Of a stretch of 64,000 bases of DNA, positions 1-10,881 are shown piece after piece (the first letter of the stretch is position 1; each line of letters begins with the position of its first letter). The DNA comes from Epithemia pelagica. Its lineage: Eukaryota > Protista > Bacillariophyta. The stretch lies in the NCBI GenBank assembly GCA_946965045.2, contig OX337231.1:744001-808000 (forward strand), given 5' to 3'. The position numbers were made by a program, and so were the translations under genes. The notes below the pieces were generated by a model that saw nothing but the letters and a program-made list of their open reading frames with translations, was not told the origin of the DNA and did no database searches.

Positions 1-1615
1 AGTGTGCTTGTTCCAGTTGTTGTCGTTGCTGCTGTTGCGCCAACAACAAGGGCCGTCGTTGCTCCAGGGCTCGTTGATGGTGTACGTGATACTTGTGTTG
101 TAAGTGTTGGTAAATGGTGTGTGCCGTAATGAGCTGTCGCAACCGGACAAAGACACGATCCAGTTGGTGTTCCAAGGCTTGCTGTTGTTCTCGTGTTGGA
201 GGTGCAGTTTTCCAGTTTGGATGGCGTGGAATCGACAAGGATTTTTGAAATTCCAGCAACTCGTCGTGACTGGTCGACATATCGGTTTCCGTGTTGGAGA
301 CAAGCTGCTGCTGTTGTTGGTTTTGATGAGATGCTTCCATGAGTACCGTTTGTGTGAGTTCACTCACCATACCTGCCATGGTCCAATCGTGCGTTGGAAT
401 CGCCAGGGTGACATGGACACTGGGATGGTTGTTGGTACAATGTGCGGCATGGACATATCCCCGGGGGATATACAAGACATCGCCCGGTCGCAACACCACT
501 TGCAGGACGGTACAATCGAGGACTGCCGGCGGCACGGGTCGATCCGGTGCCTTGCCCACTTGTTGATGCGGATAGGGCAAGGGATGATGACCATCCCGTG
601 CCGAAACGGTCCAGTGTTTTTGACCCTGGACTTGCACGACAAACACATCTCGATCGTCGGCATGGGCTGGAACCGTTTGTGCATCGGGGGGTGTGATGTA
701 CACATTGGCATAGACATGAGGCAGAACAAGTGGTGTGAATGATTGTGAGGACGGCTGCTCCAATTCGTGACAAAGGGCTGCAACTGTCCCATGGAGTAAC
801 TCGGCATGATTGTGAACCAAGGAACAACCATCCAAATAGGCCGCAAAGAGAGAATTGCCATAACGCTCCAACCGCTCCTCCATGGACAAGGACTGCTGGT
901 TTTGTAAAAACAAGGTTGGTTCAAAATATGACGACGAGGAGGGGGTCGAAGTTGTGGGGGAAGGAGTAGTAGTCATGGGAGGTGATGATGGTTCTTGTTG
1001 TTTTCCATCAGTTTGGTTGTCGTTGTTCGAATCATCCTTGGCCATTCGAGAATTGGATTGGGTCCAAGCATCTTCTCGTTTCATGGATTCGTGCAACAGT
1101 TCAGACACAAACGACCACCCCTGATGCACCAACTGTTCCAATGGATTGCAGTGAGAATGAGTAGGAAAATCATCTTGTTCAGTGCTGCTGCTCGTGTCGT
1201 TGTTGGTTTCATCCTGAGGAGTCTCCCTTGGTGAGAATAATGGTACGACAACAACTTGTGGAAACAAGAGGGGCTTGGTCTGCCAATAGGATTCCACAAA
1301 TTCAGTACACGTCATGTTGCGAGATTCTAGAATGGACTGCAAGACAGAGGAGAAGGATCCATTGGTCTTCGTGGCCGGTTGTGGTGCTGGTGCCTTGAGA
1401 TTGAGAATTGAAGGGTGTTGTGGGTGTGCGGAGTCGTCGTCGTCAGTGTGGTGTGATTTCGGGTCTGAAGCTGCGGTGTTGTCGTCGTCATCGTTTGCTA
1501 GAGATTGGACTTTGTCCTCCTTTTCATTGTCGTCGTGATGCAGCGCCCTCTTCTTCTTGGAACGCGATGGGTATAATGAGGACGGCTCGTGCTTGGTTGC
1601 CTCATGCTCGCGCAT
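1..1615 (-). CDS. JmjC-domain ribosomal oxygenase (NO66/RIOX1-MINA/RoxA cupin family), 3'-truncated by the window edge
   Basis: Manual translation of a minus frame missing from the ORF track (no stop inside the window): EFVESYWQTKPLLF, YLDGCSLVHNHAE, ANVYITPPDAQTVPAHADDRDVFVVQVQGQKHW (HxD), LRPGDVLYIPRGYVHAA (distal His). Start taken as the first ATG (1615) after an in-frame TGA; an upstream exon cannot be excluded. Confidence 0.85.
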   Translation of the reverse strand, partial: MREHEATKHEPSSLYPSRSKKKRALHHDDNEKEDKVQSLANDDDDNTAASDPKSHHTDDDDSAHPQHPSILNLKAPAPQPATKTNGSFSSVLQSILESRNMTCTEFVESYWQTKPLLFPQVVVVPLFSPRETPQDETNNDTSSSTEQDDFPTHSHCNPLEQLVHQGWSFVSELLHESMKREDAWTQSNSRMAKDDSNNDNQTDGKQQEPSSPPMTTTPSPTTSTPSSSSYFEPTLFLQNQQSLSMEERLERYGNSLFAAYLDGCSLVHNHAELLHGTVAALCHELEQPSSQSFTPLVLPHVYANVYITPPDAQTVPAHADDRDVFVVQVQGQKHWTVSARDGHHPLPYPHQQVGKAPDRPVPPAVLDCTVLQVVLRPGDVLYIPRGYVHAAHCTNNHPSVHVTLAIPTHDWTMAGMVSELTQTVLMEASHQNQQQQQLVSNTETDMSTSHDELLEFQKSLSIPRHPNWKTAPPTREQQQALEHQLDRVFVRLRQLITAHTIYQHLQHKYHVHHQRALEQRRPLLLAQQQQRQQLEQAH

Positions 1616-2247
1616 TTCGTCGCGCAACTTGCCGCAAAATCACTCTAGTAGAAACTTGGTCGAGCAACGCTCGTTGCATCGTTTGCCCTTGTGCCTATAT
1701 CGTCGGTTGCCCCTTTATCCCTTGGTTACGGCCATTCATTGCCATGATTTCGGCCATGGAGATCCTTTTTTTACTCATCCATCATCTGCCGCCTTTGAGT
1801 CGCTCCTGTACCCCGCACCTCCCGCCAAGAGGCCCGGCTCGCGTCCTTTTCAAGACGGCCCATCCACACAACGGACCAAACGGCAAGCAAGCAAGGCATT
1901 GTAAGGAACGAAAGAACCTCAGCAGAATTGTGGATCGAGAAATTGGGCAAGTGCAACCACCCGTAAAAAACATCCCTCTGTCTGTTGCAAGCCGACGAAG
2001 ACCAAGTCAAGACAACGTTGTTTGAACCACAACAGCACCAACCGGACCAAGAGTTGTGCGCTTGAAAGAGAAAGACAAAAAGTTCCTGTTCGACCGAGAC
2101 TTTTCTGCGGAATTTCTCGTAAAAAGAGTTTTGTGATTCTTTCCTCCAGAGGTCTTGATTGGAAGAGACCGAGTGTCACCGACAAACTTCCCCCTGAGTT
2201 TTGGTTCTGTCCATTGATTTTTCGCTTTCAAAGCAACCCCAGCAACC

Positions 2248-3077
2248 ATGGCAGCTCCCCCACCACAAACCTTCCCCTATGACTATCTGTTCAAGGTTCT
2301 GATTATTGGAGATGCTTCGGTTGGAAAGGTGAGCAGACTGTCCTGTTGGCAACCGGAATGGACCGCGGAATCCTCGTGTCAATCCTTTTTGCGTGCCAAC
2401 CTTTTGGATCGCCTCTCACACCCTGTTTTGCAAATCATTACTTGAATATGTATTTATTGTCGTTGTTGTTCTTTTGCTCGACTCCTCCAATTTCTCAGTC
2501 CAGTATGTTGTTGCGATTCACGGATGACTCCTTTGATGAGCACATTCAATCTACCATTGGTGTTGATTTTAAAGTAAAGCATTTGCAAGTCGAAGACAAG
2601 AAGGTCAAATTGACCATTTGGGATACGGCTGGACAAGAGCGATTTCGAACCTTGACATCCTCCTATTATCGCGGTGCGCATGGAGTCGTCCTGGTCTACG
2701 ATGTCACCCGAACGGATAGTTTTGAGAATTTGGCACAATGGCTCAAGGAAGTCCAAATGTATTCCCCGAATGGCGGAGAATCGGTAGTCAAACTACTCGT
2801 TGGTAACAAATGCGATTTGGAACGACAAGTTCCGGTCGAACAAGCCGATGCCTGGGCTCGATCGCATGGCATGTTGTTTTTGGAAGCTTCGGCCAAGACG
2901 CGGTTGGGTATTCGACAAGTCTTTATGGAAGTGGTCAAGAAAATGCTGGAAAATCCCGACATTCTCAACAATGCCATTCCCGGACGACCGCGGGCCACCG
3001 TGCCCCTCCGACCCTCGGCCGCGAGACCCTCGCACGATCATGGTGCCCTGGACGATGACGATGGTGGATGTTGTTAA
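2248..3077 (+). CDS. RAB18: Rab18 small GTPase, 2 exons (2248-2328, 2499-3077)
   Basis: KVLIIGDASVGK|SSMLLRF joined across a GT-AG intron 2329-2498; STIGVDFK, WDTAGQERFRTLTSSYYRGA, GNKCD, EASAK, C-terminal GGCC prenylation motif. Confidence 0.9.
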
Positions 3078-3712
3078 TTCAAACACTGCTACTCTTCCAG
3101 CAAAAAGGACTCAGGAAAACAAAATTCTCATATTTCGAAAAGCAACACCACCCAGCACAAATAGAGAGAACAGCAAGCAATCAACAATTCCAAGCGGCGT
3201 GGGCATTTCTCTTTCTTTTGTGTTCTGGATAACCCCAAAACATGTATCTCATCTCTCTCTCTGGTCAAAACTCGGTTTCCTTGTTCCAACGCAGGGCTCT
3301 TGTGCACTTTTGTTTGTGATTGGTCCATACACCAAATTCATCTACCATGGGGCGTTGGTCAAGGATGGATGTATTGTGTCACGGTCACAATCTACAGTGC
3401 AAAACAAACTAAAATGTCATTTTACAAAAACATCACATGTAATAGGATTGAGTTTGGATGGAGATGACGACGAAAAGTTCGTTCACTAGGTTGCTCCTCC
3501 TTGTGGCTCTTCACAAACAAAAGCGAAAAAGGGAATGTCTTTTACAGTGGCAATAGGAAGTTACGATACAAACCAAAATTGCGAGAAGTATAATGACTGC
3601 TGCGGGCTTCACAACCCGCAAGACAATCCATGTATGTCAAACAGTCCCAAGCATGCACATACAGGGCATGTCGTCAGCTATATGAAGAAAAGATGATCGT
3701 GTTTCAAATATC

Positions 3713-5005
3713 CTATATATCCACCTCATCATCATCGTCGTCTTCATCGTCAAAATCAAGGTCATCCACATCAACATCATCGTCGAACAAGTCCTCATTG
3801 ACATGATTGGGAGCACCACTCTCGCCATTTTCTCCTTCCTCCTCCTCTTCGTCTTCTATTTCATCTGTTTCTGCCTGTTCAGCTGCTGCCTCCAAGGCTT
3901 CCAAATTGGCCGAGCGACCACTAAAGTATTCAAAGCCAGTCATGCGAGTGACTGCGGCAGCACCACTCGTTGTCACTGCTTTGGACTTTTTAATCTCGGC
4001 GTCGCTGCCACCGGTCGATTGGTTTTCGCCCTCTTGCTTGGCCGCCATTTCCGCCGCAAAGCGCTCCTTCCAGGCATCAAAGTTTTCTTGGGTACATGGA
4101 GTCCCTTCGGCACGACGTTTCCGTACAGCCAATTCTTCCTTTTCGGCGGCTGTTAACTCCTCTTCTGCCGTTTGAGATTCGAATTCGGCCGCCGCGGCTG
4201 CCGCTTTTTTCTGAACAAACACGTGAGATTGAGAAATACAGAAATCGTCAGATGCAGAACAATGTTTGACAACAATTATCCCAGAAAACAGCAATCTTCA
4301 ACCACAACGTCTTGCCTTGACGGCAAGGCACTGCAGCCGATACACCAGAGATTGGGTCTTGTATTGTCAAGTCTTTTTGGCACACAAAACATCAACAACA
4401 ATAGTTGTGTTGCAAGAGGGACAAAGAGTCTACATACAGAGAGAATCTTTTCTCTTGACAGTGTGCTTCACGAACGTCTCTCCAACCCAAACTTTCCACA
4501 TCACAACATGACTTGCCATAGTACGCGTTCAACGATTCATGGTCGGATTTTGTCTTACCTCTTCTTTTTCTTGTTTGCGCATCATAGTGGCGAACGCACT
4601 AGTATCGTCCAAGCCAGGTCTATTGTGTTCCACCAACCATTCTCGCAACTTTTCAGCCACTGCATAAATACTCGGCAACCCTCGATTGGCATCTGCTTCC
4701 TCTTCGGCCAGTGCTTGCATTTCAATGGCGTGGGGATCCTCTGCCAAACCTTTTAGGACCGATACTTTCAACACTGGCAAATCGGCATCTTCTTCTCCAG
4801 GATATGTCGCAGGCAACTGTATCTTGAGTTGAATCGCAACATGATTCAACGACTGCAATTCCTCTTCATCCCCCGCCTGTTCCGGATACAAATCAATGGT
4901 CCATTCAGGTTGGTCGGCTTGCGAATCCACAACGGCGAAATGCGTGTCGAAAATGGCCGTCAATGCCTCTGCTTCCATTTCCTGTTCTTCCGCATGATCT
5001 GTCAT
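3713..5005 (-). CDS. RWDD1: RWD-domain protein (RWDD1/Gir2-like, DRG partner), 2 exons (5005-4559, 4210-3713)
   Basis: EEQEMEAEALTAIF...LPATYP (RWD fold); intron GTAAGA..TTCAG 4558-4211 keeps the frame; GTPCTQENFDAWKERF motif and acidic tail. Confidence 0.85.
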
Positions 5006-5315
5006 GATGATTCGGCCGATTTATGATGAATGTGAGTATAGGATTGACAATGTTCAACAGATTGATGGTTGTTGTTGTTGTCGGTTGTCGAAAGTGAAAG
5101 GATATTCCGCGACATAAGCGCGACTTCACCCTTCGGTGTCATGTCACACCGTGGTAAGGTTATGCTGTGTCCTTTGCCTTCGTTCCTCCAGGTCCTAAAC
5201 TTTACTCCTATTGCGTATGGGATGTCAATGAAGCCTTTGGGACTGGGCTCTACAATGGTTGACCCTGTATCGCAATCACTGCATGGTTTTGAATTCAATA
5301 CTACCTAGCTGCTTT

Positions 5316-7847
5316 TTAGGAAATCTTGGCATTGTACAGTTTGGGTGAGGATACCCGACAGGGTCCTGCCTTGGTTTCCATGACTCCCTCCTTCCATGTG
5401 GCAATACCATGGTCATTAATCTTCCAACCGGCAGCCATGACGGCTTCCAATACTTTTCGTTTCTTGACTTGTGCGGCAGACCATGGTTCTCCGGTCAAGT
5501 CGGCAATGGTCACGCGTTCTCCCAATTCGGCACCCTCGGGAGGAGCCACCAGTTCGACCAGCGTTTTCCCTTCGGTCGCTGCCGCCAATACCATGCCATT
5601 GCTTTCAAAGCCCAGCATTTTTTGTGGTTTCAAATTGCAAAGAACCAAGACTTTGCGGTCCTTCATGTCTTCCAAACTGTAGTGTTCTCGCAATCCGGAA
5701 GCAATTTGACGTAGTTTGGGACTGCCATCTTCCTCGGTTTCGCCAACATTGATTTTTTCACAAAACAACTTGTCCGCAGTTTCGTGATGCCACACTTCGA
5801 CAATCTGACCCACCCGTATATCCAACTTGGTAAAGTCAGGATCGACGTTGGCACCGGACGCAGCGGCCGCTTGTGCACGAGCCTTGGCTTTGGCCTCTTC
5901 CTTTTTCCGTTTGCTCTCGGCATAATCATCCTTTTTCTTGGCCGAGGCTGCCTTTTTCTCTTCTTCACTCAACAGTTTATCGTACAAGACGGCACCGTCA
6001 ATTTCGATTTGTGTACCAACCTTGAGATTGTTCAAGGCATTGCCATTCTTCTTCAAGTCAACAAGGGTGACAGGTTCTGTCGCCAGTTTTTGAAATATTT
6101 TCTTACCACTGACCGGCAAAAAGGGCAAGAGCAAATGGGCCAAGGCATAAATAGCTTCCAAGGCACCACGGACCACCGATTGCCGGTACACGGCATGTTC
6201 ATCGCCCGATTTGGCCCAGGGTGCTTCTTCTTGCAACCATCCATTGATATCGGAAAATCCCTTGGCGGCAATTTGACATCCCGCTTGCAATTCATGGGCA
6301 TTCATTTTGGCTTGATAACTTTCCAATCGACTGGTCCAATCCGCAAGAGGCGGTCGTTCAGGTGGTGGCACGTCGGGAATCTTGCCGTCGGGACAAAATC
6401 GTTTGCACAAACTTGTGGCACGATTGACACAATTGCCAATATTGTCACACAAATCGGCATTGTGCATGTCCAACATGGAATCGGGTGAAAAACTCAATTC
6501 GCCACCATAGGGAGCCTCCTTGCACAAATACCATCGAAAGGAGTCCACATCAAATTGATCCAACATATCATGAGGATCCACGACATTGCCGAGGGATTTG
6601 GACATTTTCTTGCCATCCTTATCATTGACAAATCCATGCGCAAAGACAGTTTTGGGCAAGGGGAGATTGGCGGACATGAGTAGGGTAGGCCAAATGACGG
6701 TGTGGAACCACAAAATATCCTTGCCAATCACATGATTGTTGGCTGGCCAAAAGTGATGCAAGCCCTCCTTCTTTGTCGCATCATTGACAATTTGGAGGGC
6801 GTCTACTCCAGTGAGGTAATTGGACAAGGCGTCGACCCATACATACATGACATGATTGGAATTGAATCCTTCCGGTACCGGAACACCCCAATCAAAGGTG
6901 GTACGGGAAATACTCAAATCTCGCAATTCTTCACTTTGCAAACGCTGCAAAATGGAATTTTTGTGCATTTCCGGTTGAATAAAGGTGGGATTGTCCGTCT
7001 GAATATACTGAATCAATCGTTGTTGATACTTGGACATTTTGAAAAAGTAGGATTCTTCATCCACCTTTTTGAGTGGAATCCCCGTGGTAGGATCCTTGTA
7101 TTCCCACAATTGCGCATCATTGTCCGTGACAAAGGTTTCTTCCTTGACATTGTACCAGCCGGTGTAGGTATCCAAATAAATATCGTCTTGACAGAGTTTC
7201 CACAAGGCTTGTGCCGTTTTCTTGTGTCGGTCCATGGTCGTTCGAATGTAATCGTCATTGCTAATGAGTAGTCGTTGATTCAAGACACGAAAGCCGGTAC
7301 TGTACAAGTTGCAAATGTCAATGGGTGCCTTTTGTCGATCGGCGGCGGTGGTGGCAATTTTTTGACCGTGTTCGTCCGTCCCCGTGACAAACCACACTCC
7401 GCCCGCATGCGATCCGGTCAAGCGATGATAGCGGGCAATGGCATCGGCTGTCGTGGCTTCGTAGGCATGACCCATGTGAGCAGGTCCGTTGGTATAATTA
7501 ATGGCCGTCGTGATATAATAATACTCCCCCACAGGACGAGACGCATCAATCGATCCTTGTCCTCGAGCGACGCCACGGTAGTACCCATAATCCAACGTGG
7601 TCTCGTCTTGCAAGGTCCAACGATCGTAGGCGGGCTTTTTCGCCTTTGTGTCGGTCGGCTTCTTGGTGTTTGTTTGGGACTTCTGCTGTTGCTGCTTTGG
7701 CTTTTTCTTGTTCTGGGTGTCATTCGTGGGGGCTTGGTCGGCCGGTAGACTGTGGCTGTGGTTGGTGGTGGCGGTGATGGTGGAACCAAATTTTAAATGA
7801 ATTTGCAAGGCACATGCCATTTCATCCACGGCAAAGGAATCCGTCAT
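5316..7847 (-). CDS. MARS: Methionyl-tRNA synthetase with C-terminal EMAP-II/Trbp111-like tRNA-binding domain
   Basis: YITTAINYTNGPAHMGH (HIGH), GTDEHGQKI, DLSISR, YVWVDAL, IGKDILWFH, KMSKSLGNV, C-terminal LDIRVG...ADKLF...NLKP...SNGMVLAA. ATG 7847 chosen; upstream in-frame ATG at 7916. Confidence 0.95.
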   Translation of the reverse strand: MTDSFAVDEMACALQIHLKFGSTITATTNHSHSLPADQAPTNDTQNKKKPKQQQQKSQTNTKKPTDTKAKKPAYDRWTLQDETTLDYGYYRGVARGQGSIDASRPVGEYYYITTAINYTNGPAHMGHAYEATTADAIARYHRLTGSHAGGVWFVTGTDEHGQKIATTAADRQKAPIDICNLYSTGFRVLNQRLLISNDDYIRTTMDRHKKTAQALWKLCQDDIYLDTYTGWYNVKEETFVTDNDAQLWEYKDPTTGIPLKKVDEESYFFKMSKYQQRLIQYIQTDNPTFIQPEMHKNSILQRLQSEELRDLSISRTTFDWGVPVPEGFNSNHVMYVWVDALSNYLTGVDALQIVNDATKKEGLHHFWPANNHVIGKDILWFHTVIWPTLLMSANLPLPKTVFAHGFVNDKDGKKMSKSLGNVVDPHDMLDQFDVDSFRWYLCKEAPYGGELSFSPDSMLDMHNADLCDNIGNCVNRATSLCKRFCPDGKIPDVPPPERPPLADWTSRLESYQAKMNAHELQAGCQIAAKGFSDINGWLQEEAPWAKSGDEHAVYRQSVVRGALEAIYALAHLLLPFLPVSGKKIFQKLATEPVTLVDLKKNGNALNNLKVGTQIEIDGAVLYDKLLSEEEKKAASAKKKDDYAESKRKKEEAKAKARAQAAAASGANVDPDFTKLDIRVGQIVEVWHHETADKLFCEKINVGETEEDGSPKLRQIASGLREHYSLEDMKDRKVLVLCNLKPQKMLGFESNGMVLAAATEGKTLVELVAPPEGAELGERVTIADLTGEPWSAAQVKKRKVLEAVMAAGWKINDHGIATWKEGVMETKAGPCRVSSPKLYNAKIS

Positions 7848-7947
7848 GATGATAATGAGGATCCGGAACTGTCCAGAGATGCCAATACACACAGCAGATT
7901 CGAATGAGAAACGCACAATTGAAGCGACAAACCATCCGTGTCTACTT

Positions 7948-7976
7948 ACAACAACAACAACAACAACAACAACAAC
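7948..7976 (+). repeat. (CAA)n microsatellite
   Basis: About 9 uninterrupted ACA/CAA units upstream of MetRS. Confidence 0.9.
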
Positions 7977-8092
7977 TAGCTAGATGGTTGGATATCGTCG
8001 ACTTTCCTTCTTATGGATGCTTGCTGAAGCACACAACTGGACAACAGACCTGCACACAAAACCACACACAAGGGAGGAGATGCAAGAGACGC

Positions 8093-8233
8093 ACGTTTGT
8101 GGTGTTGCGTTCGCGTATCTTTTTGGGTCTGTGTGTGACACCCCCTCGTTGCCGCGCGATGGCGATGGCAACGTTGCCCGCCATACGCGCACTGGGCGGT
8201 CGCGCGAGTCTGCACGCTCGCTGTCGGGGGACA
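8093..8233 (+). repeat. Direct repeat A, copy 1 (GC/CpG-rich intergenic segment)
   Basis: Shares acgtt.gtgg.gt.gcgt, gtgtgtgacaccc, acgttgcccgc, gcggtcgcgcgagtctgcacgct.gctgt and ggggaca with 12437-12565. Confidence 0.8.
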
Positions 8234-8397
8234 GCGCAGTAGCCCCCAGCGGGGGTGATTGAGTCCCGCAGGTCTCAGTCGGAAAAAAATGCGTGACTAA
8301 GGGAATGCACCAAATAGTGCGACGGACCGGGTCGCCCCTGCTTGGGGGTAGACAGCGCAGCATCATTCATATTGAAGACTCTTTAAGAGGAAGCACT

Positions 8398-9750
8398 ATG
8401 ACAACAGTACGAGATGACAACAGAGAGAACGAGAGAGATATGGATGACCTTTCGAAAGACGAGTTCATACGGCGGCTTAAAGAGCAGCTGAAAGAAGCAG
8501 ACCAGCGGGCTAATAAGGAAAAGAATAGGGCTGATCAGGAAAAGAATAGGGCTGATCAGGAAAAGAATAGGGCTGATAAGGAAAAGAATAGGGCTGATCA
8601 GGAAAAGGAAAGAGCCGAAAAGGCAAACGCCTTAAAAGAGGGGTCATATTATGCTTCAATTCTCTCGGTGATTTTAGAACAGGTCAAAACCATCCCATCC
8701 AATTCTCTCGATCGAGTGCGTAGAAACAGTAAATGTGATCGATTCTACAAGACTGCGATTGAAGCGGCCGAGGCTTCTACAGATGGTCTCCAGCCTGCTA
8801 TCACTTCCTCCAGAACATCAGGATACGACGAAGGCAATTCATCAGTAGCCAGAAAGCGCAGAAAGAAATTGGAAACGATCGGTCTCGACGGCACGGCCCA
8901 AGACGCGGCAGAGATTGCCCATTTAGTTCCTCACAGCCAACGATGCGCCTCCCTCTACGGGCATTTATTGGAAGCCATGGTTGGTGTGAAGTTTGTTCAT
9001 CCGAGGGAAAAGAGGCTTCAAGTGCTTATCCACGGACAGGAAGTTTCAGGAGGGGGTAAGGAGAGGAAAACAGGTATCAAGCACTGTGTCATGAATCTAA
9101 TTCGCGTAATGCACCGGAAGAAATACATGGACGCACATCCTAGTCAAGTGATCCTCCTACCAATATTATCAGTTGAAGATATTTTGCATTTTGGGGAACC
9201 TGGGCACAGTGAAAAGTTCTTTGTCGCGGTTATGTGCTCCAAACCTGCTGTCTACAAAGAAATGGTTCTTACGGGAGAATACAAAATCTGTGATCAAAGT
9301 GAGCTGGTTTGTGCCATCGACACATTAAGAATGTTTACCTTTGCCATTGCGGAGCATGTCAGAGAAAATGTCTCAGATGAAGATCTGGCATCAATCGCAT
9401 CAGAGAAAAACTTTTTGATACATGCCAGAGATCAAGCTACATTAATGAATGAAGTGATGGCACCGACATTCAGGACACCTACACGTGAAACACCACGTGT
9501 TCTCAAGGTGGAATTTGATGGAACCTGTGATCCTTGGTTGCTCTGCCTGAAGAGTGCAGTCATGTATTCCAGCTTTGCGGAACGCAAACTTCTACCTGGA
9601 TGTGGACCACCTCCAGCGATTGATTTTGCCTCGGAGTCGTACCTTTCAGAATACAGTGTCATCCAAACTTCTGTGCCAACTGTTCCTACCGATATTACTG
9701 GTCGGGACAATGTCTCCGTCAATTCAGAAGTTACTGATGGTACAACTTAG
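8398..9750 (+). CDS. Coiled-coil + HNH-like endonuclease protein
   Basis: Intronless ORF; heptad repeat (EKNRADQ)n, then AEIAHLVPHS...IHG...TGIKHCVMNLIRVMHRKKYMD, resembling the AH(I/L)xP...N..L...D pattern of eukaryotic HNH_2 nucleases. Family call from motif memory only. Confidence 0.55.
   Translation: MTTVRDDNRENERDMDDLSKDEFIRRLKEQLKEADQRANKEKNRADQEKNRADQEKNRADKEKNRADQEKERAEKANALKEGSYYASILSVILEQVKTIPSNSLDRVRRNSKCDRFYKTAIEAAEASTDGLQPAITSSRTSGYDEGNSSVARKRRKKLETIGLDGTAQDAAEIAHLVPHSQRCASLYGHLLEAMVGVKFVHPREKRLQVLIHGQEVSGGGKERKTGIKHCVMNLIRVMHRKKYMDAHPSQVILLPILSVEDILHFGEPGHSEKFFVAVMCSKPAVYKEMVLTGEYKICDQSELVCAIDTLRMFTFAIAEHVRENVSDEDLASIASEKNFLIHARDQATLMNEVMAPTFRTPTRETPRVLKVEFDGTCDPWLLCLKSAVMYSSFAERKLLPGCGPPPAIDFASESYLSEYSVIQTSVPTVPTDITGRDNVSVNSEVTDGTT
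8518..8607 (+). repeat. 21-bp coding tandem repeat gaaaagaatagggctgatcag x4 plus a partial copy
   Basis: Read directly; encodes EKNRADQ heptads. Confidence 0.95.
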
Positions 9751-9859
9751 GTGATTACTGTCAAGTACCAGGTAGTATCGAACAATAAAATGTCTGGGAT
9801 GCAACAACCTAGCGAAGAACATGTGTTGATTGAACAAGTTCTTTTTCCTTTTGCCCAAC

Positions 9860-10554
9860 CAAACGTACCATGATGTTGCAACACATTACCAGGATATGTG
9901 GCGACAGGAGGAACGTCCGTCGCTGAAGATCGAATTCTATTATGATTCCCAATGCGGCTGACATCCATGGTGCCCTAGGATGGGTGTTCTATAGAAAGAA
10001 GTGTCTGCTGCTAGAAATCCTCGAAGGACGAGAAAGAGACGGTGTTTCGCCCATCCAAACACAACGTTTGTGTGTGCAACTCTCGAGACTTCACTCCAAA
10101 TGCGATTGTACTTGGCCGGTTCTCGTCTCGTTTCCTGTCCATCAAACCAAGGGGTTAGAGAAAGTTGAAGACTACTCTCGTCCCGTTTCGAAAAAGCAAC
10201 ACTCGAGCCAATGTCTCCTCCTGGCCCCAACTGCGCCATTATTGTCATTGCATATTTCTCGTTGTGCTACGAGAGCAACAATCGACATCCATGTGTGGCA
10301 TCCAAACATTTGATACAGGGTGCTCCGGCATGATGGTTAATGAGATAGCGCTGTCGCAATTGATCAAAACAATGATCGTGGCTTGCTCCAAACTCATGTT
10401 GGGATGATAATTCTGATCCAAAATGGACCACACAAAGGCACTGGCCCATCCATGGACACCATATTCCTTCATGCGTTGCAAGGAACCGTATTCGTCCAAA
10501 CAATACAAGTGCGGACGTAACAACCCTTTGGTGGTGGTTGTTGTGGAGGTGGAT
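9860..10554 (-). pseudogene. Duplicated segment B: 3' end and downstream flank of the proteasome beta gene (source 12598-13294)
   Basis: Near-identical to 12598-13294; encodes KGLLRPHLYCLDEYGSLQRMKEYGVHG; a 10-bp deletion (gcataagtgt) near 10376 shifts the frame. Confidence 0.9.
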
Positions 10555-10881
10555 GAAGTTGGATCATCGTCGATCGCTGTCGTCGTTACAAGTCTAGACA
10601 GCAACAGCAAGGTTCGCTGTCACCATTTATTATTATCACTGAGGCCAACTTCTCATGATGCAAAAGAAGAATGTTTCTTAATTGCATTCTGCTTCGCAGT
10701 GTCCAGGCGCATCATAAATAGGATGAGCTGCAAGCACTGGTGGCAAGGACACACCCGGCACGGCGGCGATCACCATCATCATCGGCGTCCGTGACCTTGT
10801 CACAGACGTTAATGAACGTGCCAGTGGCTTTGGTGACGGGGTTAGAAAGAATCCTGAACACTTCGAAGTCAGTGTTCCGCG

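Noticed and set aside
104-924. Listed ORFs 104-742(+), 360-827(-) and 364-924(-)
   Set aside because: Shadow or alternative frames of the JmjC gene, which occupies the third minus frame. The same applies to most short ORFs overlapping the genes called above.
8518-8607. Regular 21-bp repeats as a CRISPR-like array
   Set aside because: Head-to-tail with no spacers, in frame inside a coding region, and in a eukaryotic context.
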